The notes beneath the pieces were generated by a model. That model searched no databases and was not told where the DNA came from. It saw only the letters and a list, made by a program, of their open reading frames with translations. DNA of 64,000 nt from positions 2,043,510-2,107,509 of the forward strand of contig NC_014150.1 of the NCBI RefSeq assembly GCF_000092845.1, in the 5' to 3' direction. Below, piece after piece: positions 29,828 through 39,126 of the stretch (its first letter is position 1; each line of letters starts with the position of its first letter). The DNA comes from Brachyspira murdochii DSM 12563 (lineage in GTDB: Bacteria; Spirochaetota; Brachyspiria; Brachyspirales; Brachyspiraceae). Made by a program: the position numbers and the translations under genes.

Positions 29828-30871
29828 ATGACCATCATGGAATTATATCAGGAAAAATTAATTAATGCTTTAAAGATGTATCAAAATGATTTTGATAATA
29901 TGGTTAATTCTTTTTATGACAGTAAAGAAAATTTTGACAGTTTAATAAAAAAATATTCATGTGAAAGCGAAGATAATGTTGATAAAAATTATTTATTAAG
30001 AGCAAGACTTGCATTTGCAATTTTGTATTATAAGAATATTAAAGCTCTGAAAAAAGAGGCAGTAAAAAATATAATAATTCATCTTTTTGAAGAAGAGATA
30101 AAAGACAGAAAAACATCAAAGTATAAAGGCATAGGCATATCATTAGAGGTTTTAACATTTCTGCTTAATAAATACAGTAAGGATAATAAAGCATTATTCA
30201 AACAGGCTAAAGAAGCTAATACTGACTGTTCAATAGGATATGACAGCGATGTGAGATTTGAAGATGATATAGAAAAATTAAATATACTCTATACTATACA
30301 CTATGCTTTGGAGCTTGGATTTAAAGATTTGTATTATGAACTTATAGATATATGGAAATCTTCTATAAAAGTGTGGGACAGAATTAATTTAGAGAGATTA
30401 AGAGATTTTGAGATTGAGGTTGGAAACAAAGAGGGAGAGCTTAATGCAAATAAGGAGTTGTATTTTATTGCAAAGGATAATTATGAAAAAAATAAGAAAA
30501 ATGTCCTGCTTTCAAAAAAGAATTTATTTTATTTACTTTCATACTTGGGTAATTATATAGAAAATCTTGTAAGGCTTTCAAAATATAATGAGGCTTATGA
30601 TACTCTCGCAAATAATATTGACGATATAAAAAATATAGATGCATTTTATAATATTAATGCTGGAATACTAATCGTAGACTGTGCTTTAAAAATTATTCTT
30701 AATAGAGATAATATTGATAAAGATAATGTATTGTGGAAATTTGTAAAGATAGCTTTTAGTAATGAGCATTTATCATATGCTAAAACTGTGTATGATAATT
30801 TTATAAAATGTGCTGAAAAAATGAATGATTTAGAAATGAAAGAGAAAGTTTTGAAATATATTAATAATTAA
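29828..30871 (+). CDS. hypothetical cytoplasmic protein (predicted all-alpha, no recognisable domain)
   Basis: 347 aa, K/N/E/Y-rich, no TM segment and no recognisable motif. It converges on comF with a 4-nt overlap. Confidence 0.4.
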   Translation: MTIMELYQEKLINALKMYQNDFDNMVNSFYDSKENFDSLIKKYSCESEDNVDKNYLLRARLAFAILYYKNIKALKKEAVKNIIIHLFEEEIKDRKTSKYKGIGISLEVLTFLLNKYSKDNKALFKQAKEANTDCSIGYDSDVRFEDDIEKLNILYTIHYALELGFKDLYYELIDIWKSSIKVWDRINLERLRDFEIEVGNKEGELNANKELYFIAKDNYEKNKKNVLLSKKNLFYLLSYLGNYIENLVRLSKYNEAYDTLANNIDDIKNIDAFYNINAGILIVDCALKIILNRDNIDKDNVLWKFVKIAFSNEHLSYAKTVYDNFIKCAEKMNDLEMKEKVLKYINN

Positions 30872-31605
30872 GCTCTTGCGGCAGTTAATACTCCTATTTT
30901 ATTTATACATTTTAGCTTTTTAATTTCTTTTGATATTTCATTTAAAGTGCTTCCAGTAGTGATTACATCATCTATTATAAGCAGATTTATTTTATCTTTT
31001 AAATTGTAGATACTATTTACTTCAAAAGCATTTTGTATCATATTTATTCTTTCTGTTTTACTATTTAAAGAGCTTAATGCTTTGGTTTCTTTTTTACGAA
31101 TAATTATATCATCAATTAAATTTATATTTAGAATTTTTGATATATTTTTAGCAATGATTTCACTTTGATTGTACCCTCTTTCTAATAATCTCTTTTTTCC
31201 AAGGGGAACAAATGTAATGGCATCATATTTTAATATGTAGTCTTTATAATAATAGCTAAGCATTGCAGCAAAATCATGACATATTAAATATCTATGAGAA
31301 AACTTCATCTTATGAATAATATCTGCTGCATAATTTGTATAGTAAAGCATAGACTTACATTCATCAAAATAAATATCCTCATATTTACATAGGCATATAG
31401 AGTTTATATTTTCTAAAATTTTACCGCATCTTTGGCATCGTATATATTCATCTTTATGTATATAGTCTATTTTTTTATTGATGCAGTCTATGCATATGTA
31501 ATTCATATTGCCGCTTTCTATAATATTTCCGCATATGATGCAGTGATTTGGAAATATTATAGATGCAATATTTGAATATAAGTATTTTATAATTTTTTTG
31601 TGCAT
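30868..31605 (-). CDS. ComF family protein (zinc-finger plus phosphoribosyltransferase domain)
   Basis: N-terminal C-x2-C...C-x2-C pairs and a C-terminal PRTase motif LLIIDDVITTGSTL. Its start overlaps the stop of the upstream SPFH gene. Confidence 0.7.
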   Translation of the reverse strand: MHKKIIKYLYSNIASIIFPNHCIICGNIIESGNMNYICIDCINKKIDYIHKDEYIRCQRCGKILENINSICLCKYEDIYFDECKSMLYYTNYAADIIHKMKFSHRYLICHDFAAMLSYYYKDYILKYDAITFVPLGKKRLLERGYNQSEIIAKNISKILNINLIDDIIIRKKETKALSSLNSKTERINMIQNAFEVNSIYNLKDKINLLIIDDVITTGSTLNEISKEIKKLKCINKIGVLTAARA

Positions 31606-32396
31606 TATTTTATTTGTATCATAGGAGTAACACCAGAGCCTGATACTTGAGGCATTTTACCGTCCCATTTTTCTATGTACATTCTCTGTATTAATAAAGG
31701 AGTTAAAGATTCCTGCATAATTCTATTAGCTTCAGAAACACCTTTTGCTTTAGTAATTTCAGCTTCTGCCTCATATCTTACTTTTTCCAAAGCATTTTGT
31801 GCTGTTAGAGCGTCCTGTGAAGCTATTAATTTTCTCTCTATTGCTTGATCAAATTCATCAGAGAAATCATGCTCTATAATGGAACAAGCAGCAACTGTTA
31901 TTCCGTAATCATCAAAATCTGCCATAACCTCTTTTAAAAGTTCTGCTGCCATTTCATTTCTTTTTGTTATAAACTCTTCTATAGTATATCTTGCTGAAAC
32001 TGCATTAAGGCTTTCAGATATTCTAGGATTAATTAATTTGTTTTTATAATCTACTCCGAATTTTCTGTATAAATCCAAAGCGTCTCCTCCTATAGAGTAC
32101 TGAACATTTAAAGTCATAGATATAGTCTGCATATCTTTTGATGATACTGAATATGTTTTTTCTACAGTCTGCTCTCTTACTTCCATAGTTTTTATAGTGT
32201 CTATAAAAGGTATTCTGAAATGAAGTCCCGGCTCTTCCTGAGATATAGCTTTACCGAGTCTGCTTCTTATTCCTATTTCACCAGTAGATATAATAGTAAC
32301 ACTTGAAAATATTAAAAACCCTACTATTAATACAACAGGCAAAACTATAAAAAGCACAGAATGTAATTTGTTTGAACTAATATCGATAATTCTCAT
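31605..32396 (-). CDS. SPFH/band-7 (prohibitin/HflC-like) membrane protein
   Basis: 263 aa with an N-terminal TM anchor, an SPFH core ...GEIGIRSRLGKA...FRIPFIDTIKTMEVR... and a C-terminal coiled coil. Confidence 0.7.
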   Translation of the reverse strand: MRIIDISSNKLHSVLFIVLPVVLIVGFLIFSSVTIISTGEIGIRSRLGKAISQEEPGLHFRIPFIDTIKTMEVREQTVEKTYSVSSKDMQTISMTLNVQYSIGGDALDLYRKFGVDYKNKLINPRISESLNAVSARYTIEEFITKRNEMAAELLKEVMADFDDYGITVAACSIIEHDFSDEFDQAIERKLIASQDALTAQNALEKVRYEAEAEITKAKGVSEANRIMQESLTPLLIQRMYIEKWDGKMPQVSGSGVTPMIQIK

Positions 32397-32602
32397 AAAC
32401 CTCTCCTTAAAAATTATTATAAAAAATAATAAATGATAATAATATTTTTTGCAAGTTTTTGGTTATATTATAATAGTATTATTTCGTACTATAATTAAGG
32501 CTTGATTAATTATATTTTGATTATTACTGATAAAAAAATATGTATTGTATATATACTGGAACAATTTCATTTTGTCAATTGATGTACATTATATAGAATT
32601 AT

Positions 32603-32643
32603 CAACTTTTTTGCCGCACAAAAAAGTTGCAAAAAACGCAATT
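32603..32643. promoter_or_regulatory. conserved hairpin motif, copy B: 10-bp A/T stem CAACTTTTTT/AAAAAAGTTG, loop GCCGCAC, tail CAAAAAACGCAATT
   Basis: Same architecture as 7709-7748. It lies upstream of a predicted minus-strand promoter (TTGACA-N17-TATATA, about 32545-32580) for the SPFH gene. Confidence 0.4.
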
Positions 32644-32796
32644 ACTAGAACTTTATATTTTAAATATATGTATTAAATGTATGGTAACACCTAAAATTTT
32701 GCTTAAAAATGCAGTTCTTTTGGTTCTTTTATACCAATAAAAGAACTGGGGTGCGGGGCAAAGCCCTGCAAATATTTAAAATTAAAAAAATTAATT

Positions 32797-32825
32797 TTGA
32801 CAAATTATAGTCGTTTAGGTATATA
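32797..32825 (+). promoter_or_regulatory. consensus promoter TTGACA-N17-TATATA inside a 680-bp intergenic region
   Basis: tTTGACAaattatagtcgtttaggTATATAat. It lies ~250 nt upstream of the ATG at 33079. Confidence 0.35.
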
Positions 32826-33078
32826 ATAATAAGATATAAAATTAATGATTGATTATAAAGCAAATATAACATGCTTATTTATAAAAATACGTATTAAAAT
32901 ATAGTAAAATATTTATTGCATTAAGAAAAAAAATACTATATAATTTATTATTGTTTTTAAGGATATAATTCATTTTATGATTGGCAGTGTTTGCTGATTT
33001 GTCTATATTGCTAGTAGAATATAATAATTGTAAAACAATTTTTTAATATAGATTTTTATATTTATTGGAGTCTTTTTT

Positions 33079-34011
33079 ATGAAAATGCTAAACAGAGTGT
33101 TAATATCTGATGACGGTCATAGAATGTATACATATATCTTTATACCAGATGCTAAGCCTAAAGGCATTGTTCAGATAGTTCATGGGCTTGGAGAGCATGC
33201 AGGAAGATATAAAGAGTTTGCTGAAAAATTAAATGAAGCTGGTTTTTTAGTTTGTGCTGATGATCATAGAGGTTTTGGCAGAAGCACTGTGAGTAAGGAT
33301 CAAATAGGGCATATAGCCGATGAAAAAGGATATGAACTAATAATAGAAGATTTAAAACATTTAATGGTTAATACCAAAGCTGATTATCCTAATATACCAT
33401 ACTTTATGCTTGGTCATAGTATGGGGTCATTTCTTACAAGAGGCTTTTTAATAAAATATTATAAAGATTTAGACGGTGCTGTTATAATGGGTACCAGAGG
33501 AAAAATGAAGGGTATAGAGAATTTTGGAAAGGCTATAGCTAATTTTCAAAAATCTATATTCGGCGGAAGAAAAAGAGCACATCTGCTTGATAAGTTATCT
33601 GTAGGAGGATACGGAAAAAAATTCTTCCCTAAAGAAAACTCATCTTTTGCTTGGCTTACTTCAGATAAAGAAGAAATTAAAAAAGTTCAGGAAGATGAGT
33701 ATTTTGCAGATAAGCCTGCAAGTATAGAAACATATATACAAATGTTTGAGCTTATTGATAAAATTTCAAATAAGGATAATTATTCTTCTATGAATAAAGA
33801 TTTCCCTATACTTTTAATATCTGGAGATAAAGATCCTGTAGGTGATATGGGAAAAGGCGTTAAATGGGTATATGATATGTATAAATCATTAGGCTTTAAA
33901 GACGTTAATATAAGTCTTTATAAGGACGGAAGGCATGAAATACTTAATGATGTTCAAAGAGATGATGTATCTAATGAGATAATTGCTTGGCTTAATTCTC
34001 ATATAGCATAA
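33079..34011 (+). CDS. alpha/beta hydrolase (lysophospholipase/monoacylglycerol lipase-like)
   Basis: An HGLGEH oxyanion region and the nucleophile elbow LGHSMGS. Confidence 0.7.
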   Translation: MKMLNRVLISDDGHRMYTYIFIPDAKPKGIVQIVHGLGEHAGRYKEFAEKLNEAGFLVCADDHRGFGRSTVSKDQIGHIADEKGYELIIEDLKHLMVNTKADYPNIPYFMLGHSMGSFLTRGFLIKYYKDLDGAVIMGTRGKMKGIENFGKAIANFQKSIFGGRKRAHLLDKLSVGGYGKKFFPKENSSFAWLTSDKEEIKKVQEDEYFADKPASIETYIQMFELIDKISNKDNYSSMNKDFPILLISGDKDPVGDMGKGVKWVYDMYKSLGFKDVNISLYKDGRHEILNDVQRDDVSNEIIAWLNSHIA

Positions 34012-34091
34012 TATTTTTTGAATAATATAGGTATAATTTTTCCTATAAGCCTACACATTTTTGGAATATCATTCTTTCATTATTTGAAAAA

Positions 34092-35456
34092 TTATACATT
34101 ATCATTATAAAAACTGATTTTTAATATGTATTCATCTTCTTTACTCACAGCCGCCTCATTTGATATTCTGTTTAATCCATAAGGCTCTAAATATAATGCT
34201 AATATATTATTATTATCTTCTGAAGTTATTACGGGTATTGTATTTCTTTCATATGCTGGTATTTTTAAATCTATAAAAATTTTTCTTAAATATTTTTTGT
34301 GATTATCAGGATATGCATATATAAAATCTCCGTCTTTTTTGATTCTTATTATAATTGGGTATTTGGCTTTTATATATAGACATTCTCTATAATCAATATC
34401 TTTATTTAAAACTCTTTTTACTTCTGCTTTTTTATCTAAAAAGTTATATACTCCGTCTTTATCTATTTTTATATAATTATATTCTTCATTTTTTATTTGT
34501 ATTGGTTTTATTTTTATAATATTATATTCTTTTATGATATGGCAATTATCAAGTCTTAATTTAATATTAGGCTTATCAGATTTTATTATATTTACTATTT
34601 CAATAACTCTTTTTTCTGTTATTTCTATATTATTTTTTGCTAAAAGTTTTATTATTATTTTTTTTATAAAAATACTTTTTATGTTTTTGATTTTTTCTAT
34701 ATTAAGTTTTTTATTTTTTTCGGATATATTTTTTTTGTATAATTTATTAATTTTTTTTCTTAATATATAAGTTTCTTCATAGCTTCTTTTTGCAAATCTT
34801 ATAATATTTGTTTTGGCATTTGTATTTATTTCTTCAAGCATTGGTATTATTAGATTTCTTATTTTATTTCTTGCATAATAATTTTTTTTATTTGAATAAT
34901 CTTCTCTGTGAGTGAGAGAATTAACTTGAGCATATATTTCAATATCTTTTCTGTAAAAGTTTAAAATAGGTCTTAAAATATATCCTTTTTTTCCTCTTAA
35001 ACTTTTATAAACATTAGTTCCAGCCCCTTTAATCATTCTGTAAATTATAGTTTCAGCTAAATCATCTTTATTGTGTGCTATTAAAAGATAATCATATATT
35101 TTTTTATTATAAAGCTCTTCAAAAAAAGCATATCTGTCATTTCTAGCTTCAAGCTGTATATTCTTACCTATATAACTGTTTTGCGGTATTTCTTTAACAT
35201 ATATATCTATATTGTATTTCTTAGCCATTTCGCGGGCAAATAATTCATCGTTAGTAGAATCTTCTCCTCTGAGATTATAATTAACATGTATTATTATTAA
35301 ATTGAATGACAGATCATCTTTTAATCTGTATGCAATATTAAGCATAACCTGAGAATCAATCCCTCCCGAATATGCTACAGCTAATGTTTTATTTTTTATA
35401 TCATCTATATTTGAAAGTAAAAATTGTGAAGTTTCTTTTATCATTATGTTATCCAT
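34092..35456 (-). CDS. tilS: tRNA(Ile)-lysidine synthetase
   Basis: An N-terminal PP-loop (AVAYSGGIDSQVM) and a long K/I-rich C-terminal domain. Confidence 0.8.
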   Translation of the reverse strand: MDNIMIKETSQFLLSNIDDIKNKTLAVAYSGGIDSQVMLNIAYRLKDDLSFNLIIIHVNYNLRGEDSTNDELFAREMAKKYNIDIYVKEIPQNSYIGKNIQLEARNDRYAFFEELYNKKIYDYLLIAHNKDDLAETIIYRMIKGAGTNVYKSLRGKKGYILRPILNFYRKDIEIYAQVNSLTHREDYSNKKNYYARNKIRNLIIPMLEEINTNAKTNIIRFAKRSYEETYILRKKINKLYKKNISEKNKKLNIEKIKNIKSIFIKKIIIKLLAKNNIEITEKRVIEIVNIIKSDKPNIKLRLDNCHIIKEYNIIKIKPIQIKNEEYNYIKIDKDGVYNFLDKKAEVKRVLNKDIDYRECLYIKAKYPIIIRIKKDGDFIYAYPDNHKKYLRKIFIDLKIPAYERNTIPVITSEDNNNILALYLEPYGLNRISNEAAVSKEDEYILKISFYNDNV

Positions 35457-35461
35457 TAAGT

Positions 35462-36355
35462 TTATAATTTAAATGCATTAATTTTTTCATTAACAATTAT
35501 TTTTCTTTCTTGTATATTTATATTATCATTTAAATATTTATCTGATAATATTTCACTATTTACATCATAATCTTTTAATATATTTTTAGAATTGGCATAG
35601 CAGTATATGCAGCCGTTAGTGCATGTATTATACATACCTATATCGATACTTTCAATACAACTGCATAATTTTCTTTGAGATTTATCTTTTTTTTCTTTTA
35701 TAGGATAGCATAATATTTTTTGTATTCTATCTTTATCTATGCATGAAGATTTTTCTGTTATATCAATATTTTGAGAACAGCTCTTTAATTTTATATTATT
35801 TTTTTCTGATATATCTTTTAGAGTTTTTATTAATGAAGTTTTTTCATTATTATTTATGTTTTTAATATTATTTTTTATTTTGGAATATATTTCAACAAAA
35901 CTAAATATACATTCATCGGTATATCCCTGTAAACTTTCAGAAAAGTTTTTAAAATTATTTATATGATAATCTGTATCAAAATCATCATTTAATATAATAG
36001 GGTCATATCTCCATACTATTTTTTCTTTTCCGAATAATTCGCTTATTTTAATAAATTTTTTTATTAATAATTCTTTATCTGGAATATTTTTTTCTATAGT
36101 TTTATCATAAGGTGTAATAGTAAAATGAATATAAAACTCATAACCCAAATTATACACTTCTTTTAAGAAATCTATATCAGGATTTTTTGACCAAAATACT
36201 ATTATATCTACAATATTTTTATTTAAAGGTATTTTATAAAAATTGTTTTTGTTTATAGGGTTTTGAGTGATGACATAACCTTCTTTTAATCTATTTAAAA
36301 ACCATTTTGTATGAAGAGAAGGTATATCAGTACGCCTGCTTGCACTAATTATCAT
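35462..36355 (-). CDS. DUF1848 family protein (Cys-cluster protein)
   Basis: The N-terminus MIISASRRTDIP is the hallmark of DUF1848 as I recall it. The C-terminus carries a CSCIES...CTNGCIYC cluster. Confidence 0.45.
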   Translation of the reverse strand: MIISASRRTDIPSLHTKWFLNRLKEGYVITQNPINKNNFYKIPLNKNIVDIIVFWSKNPDIDFLKEVYNLGYEFYIHFTITPYDKTIEKNIPDKELLIKKFIKISELFGKEKIVWRYDPIILNDDFDTDYHINNFKNFSESLQGYTDECIFSFVEIYSKIKNNIKNINNNEKTSLIKTLKDISEKNNIKLKSCSQNIDITEKSSCIDKDRIQKILCYPIKEKKDKSQRKLCSCIESIDIGMYNTCTNGCIYCYANSKNILKDYDVNSEILSDKYLNDNINIQERKIIVNEKINAFKL

Positions 36356-36367
36356 TTTATATTGAGA

Positions 36368-36994
36368 TTATAATACACCAATTTTTTTTCTTTGCGATAA
36401 TTTAAATCCGTATGCATCATGACCTGGGTATAAAAGAGTATCATCATCTAAAGCAAATACTTTCTCTTTTATGCTTTTTTCTAATGTATCATAATCACCA
36501 GTAGGAAAATCAGTTCTTCCTATGCCGTATGCAAATATTGTATCTCCGCAAAATAAATGACCTTTAGTATAAAAACAAACTCCGCCTTCTGTATGACCCG
36601 GAGTATGTATTACCTTAAACTCTATATCTTTTAATTTGAAAGTATCACCGTCATTAAACTTTTCTTCAGGGCTTTGGCAGGTTATAATATTTCCAAGGTA
36701 TGCACTTACATTTAAATTAGGGTCTTGAAAAAAATTATAATCAAGATTATGAACACAATGAGGAACATTAGGAAACTCTTTTCTTATATCATCAGCACCA
36801 GATATATGATCAAAATGTCCATGAGTATATATTACTCTTACAAGTTTTTTTCCGTTTAGTAGTTTTTTATAATCATCATATCCGAATGATAATTTAGCCA
36901 TATCTATTATCATAGCCTCATCATCACAAGACACTATGTAAGAGTTCATTCCGTACATATTTATATTTATGCAGTCCACTTTTAATTCGCTCAT
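36368..36994 (-). CDS. MBL-fold metallo-hydrolase (glyoxalase II-like)
   Basis: YTHGHFDH metal-binding motif; 208 aa. Confidence 0.75.
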   Translation of the reverse strand: MSELKVDCININMYGMNSYIVSCDDEAMIIDMAKLSFGYDDYKKLLNGKKLVRVIYTHGHFDHISGADDIRKEFPNVPHCVHNLDYNFFQDPNLNVSAYLGNIITCQSPEEKFNDGDTFKLKDIEFKVIHTPGHTEGGVCFYTKGHLFCGDTIFAYGIGRTDFPTGDYDTLEKSIKEKVFALDDDTLLYPGHDAYGFKLSQRKKIGVL

Positions 36995-37006
36995 TATTAT
37001 TTTCTC

Positions 37007-37813
37007 CTAATTTATTTTATCATTATTATCAGTAGTTTCCTGAGATTTCTCACTTTCTCTTCCGTTCTGTGTAAGAAAAACATCCATAGTATCAAGCATT
37101 CCAGCTAAAGTGTTATACTTTATTATTTTTCTTGTCTTATCATCTTTTTCGATATATGCATTTATTGTAGGGAAAAATATAGCAAAAGGTATTCCCTCAA
37201 TTTTTATTTCCATTTCATAGCATTCTTTTTCTTCTGAGTTTATTTTGATTTTTTTAATTCCGTTATTTACTACAGATACCTTTACTTTATTGTCTTTTGA
37301 AGCTGTAGGCATGACAATATTCATTGTATTTGTTATATCAATAGGAAAAGTTCTTGCTATTTGATATGCTCCATACATAGAAAATATTGCTAAAGATCCT
37401 GCATCATTTGTATAATCAATTTTATCCCTTATATCAAATGTATTTTCTATTGTACCGAAATCATGGTAGTCTATACTTTTATTATAAACTGTACGCATAT
37501 TAGATAAATCTATTATAGAATACATCTCAGACTTTCTGATATTTGTCATCATACTTTCTTCTAATAGAAAAGGGTCTTTTAACTTATTTGTAACAAAGCC
37601 TTTAATATATGTTTCTTTAATATTCCAGTATCCTTTGCTGTCAACTGAAGTTTCTGTGTATACTATTAAAGCATTATTCTTTTTTCCGGATACACCTTTA
37701 TGAACAAAGTATTCGCTTTTTTCAAAAGATGGAATATTAGTATAGGAATAATACTGTGCTGATAAAAATGAACTTAATATAAAAAAAATTATTAATATGT
37801 TTTTCATTGTCAT
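37007..37813 (-). CDS. hypothetical secreted protein
   Basis: Signal peptide MKNILIIFFILSSFLSA, 268 aa, no recognised domain. Confidence 0.4.
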   Translation of the reverse strand: MTMKNILIIFFILSSFLSAQYYSYTNIPSFEKSEYFVHKGVSGKKNNALIVYTETSVDSKGYWNIKETYIKGFVTNKLKDPFLLEESMMTNIRKSEMYSIIDLSNMRTVYNKSIDYHDFGTIENTFDIRDKIDYTNDAGSLAIFSMYGAYQIARTFPIDITNTMNIVMPTASKDNKVKVSVVNNGIKKIKINSEEKECYEMEIKIEGIPFAIFFPTINAYIEKDDKTRKIIKYNTLAGMLDTMDVFLTQNGRESEKSQETTDNNDKIN

Positions 37814-37860
37814 ATGATAAACCCTAAAAATACAAATTTCAATACATATTTATAATATTT

Positions 37861-38238
37861 TTATTTGTTTTTTAATATATTGCCCTTTGTATCTATAATA
37901 ACAATATTATTATCAATTTCTATTTCATATTTGTTTTTCTTTTTTATTATTCTGTATATAGTAAAGTTATCATATTTTTCTTTTATAGTATTTATAACTT
38001 CTTTTTCTATAATATTATCTTCAGCAAGTTTTTCTATTATACTGAATGCTATTTCATTACCGTTTCCTATAATAGAAGTCCATTCGCCTCTTGAAGTAAA
38101 GTTTACAGAACTTCCGCCTTTAAATACAACGCTGTATGATGAAGTAAATGTTGTCTTAAAAACATAATAGTCATTAAAATATGTTTCTATAAAGTTTTTT
38201 ACTTTTTCTGGAAGTTTTTGATATGGTATAATATCCAT
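37861..38238 (-). CDS. small PepSY-like/DUF2874-like protein (paralog 1)
   Basis: 125 aa. The stretch IPYQKLPEKVKNFIETYFNDYYVFKTTFTSSYSVVFKGGSSVNF is paralogous to 38506-38955. Confidence 0.4.
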   Translation of the reverse strand: MDIIPYQKLPEKVKNFIETYFNDYYVFKTTFTSSYSVVFKGGSSVNFTSRGEWTSIIGNGNEIAFSIIEKLAEDNIIEKEVINTIKEKYDNFTIYRIIKKKNKYEIEIDNNIVIIDTKGNILKNK

Positions 38239-38258
38239 AATTGTAATCTAATAATTTA

Positions 38259-38398
38259 TTTGCTAATTTCGCTTTTTTCTTTTTCTATCATATCTTCTAA
38301 ATATGCTTTTAAGAAAATATAATTATGAGCATCATCAAGATTTTGATTATTTTCAATTTTTTTATTTAAAAATTCAACTAATTCTTCTTTTGTTTTCA
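38259..38398 (-). CDS. possible micro-ORF (46 aa), MKTKEELVEFLNKKIENNQNLDDAHNYIFLKAYLEDMIEKEKKAKLANK
   Basis: Read by hand from the reverse complement between the two PepSY-like genes. It is below the ORF-track length cutoff and no ribosome-binding site was checked. Confidence 0.2.
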
Positions 38399-38505
38399 TG
38401 ATAATATCCTTTGATAGTTTAGTTATTTTTAAACCTTATAATATTATTTTTAGTATGTCAATATATGCATTTAGTTTATTGATAAGTTAATTTTCTTTTA
38501 AATTT

Positions 38506-38955
38506 TTAGGCTTTTTTTATTTTTATAATATTGCCTTCATAGTCTATATAAATATATTCTTTATCATCTGCCTTAAACTCTATTCCTTTTCTTCTTTTAT
38601 ATATATTATTAATAGTTTTATATTTTGATTTAATTATATTTATTATTTTATAGTCAATAAACTTTTCTGCGGTGCTAATATCTATTGTTTGTCTGTTTCC
38701 TATTACAGAAATCCATTGACCTTTTCTATTAAAGTTAATTGATGAGCCTCCTTCAAAAATTACGGTATATTTTGAAGAAACTGATGCTCTATACACTTTA
38801 TAGTCTTTAAAGTATTTATTTACAAACTCTTGAATATTTATGGGTAAAGAAGTGTATGGTATAAAGTTAATATTTCTATCATCATCATAAAATATAAAAG
38901 AAGAAGATACTATATATATAAAAATTAAATAAACATAAAATACATTTCTCTGCAT
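38506..38955 (-). CDS. PepSY-like/DUF2874-like protein with signal anchor (paralog 2)
   Basis: 149 aa. It contains IPYTSLPINIQEFVNKYFKDYKVYRASVSSKYTVIFEGGSSINF. Confidence 0.4.
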   Translation of the reverse strand: MQRNVFYVYLIFIYIVSSSFIFYDDDRNINFIPYTSLPINIQEFVNKYFKDYKVYRASVSSKYTVIFEGGSSINFNRKGQWISVIGNRQTIDISTAEKFIDYKIINIIKSKYKTINNIYKRRKGIEFKADDKEYIYIDYEGNIIKIKKA

Positions 38956-39047
38956 AAAAATATATCCTTAAATTTATACTTAAATGATATAGTAAAATAT
39001 AAATATTTCAATACTAAATAAAAAAGTAAATTTTCGTACTTTATCTA

Positions 39048-39075
39048 TTGACAAAATAATAAACATGCATATAAT
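39048..39075 (+). promoter_or_regulatory. sigma70 promoter TTGACA-N16-TATAAT
   Basis: aTTGACAaaataataaacatgcaTATAATa. It lies upstream of the MATE gene. Confidence 0.5.
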
Positions 39076-39126
39076 ACACATCTTGTATATAGTACGAAAG
39101 AAGACTATTTTAAAAAGGAGTTTATC

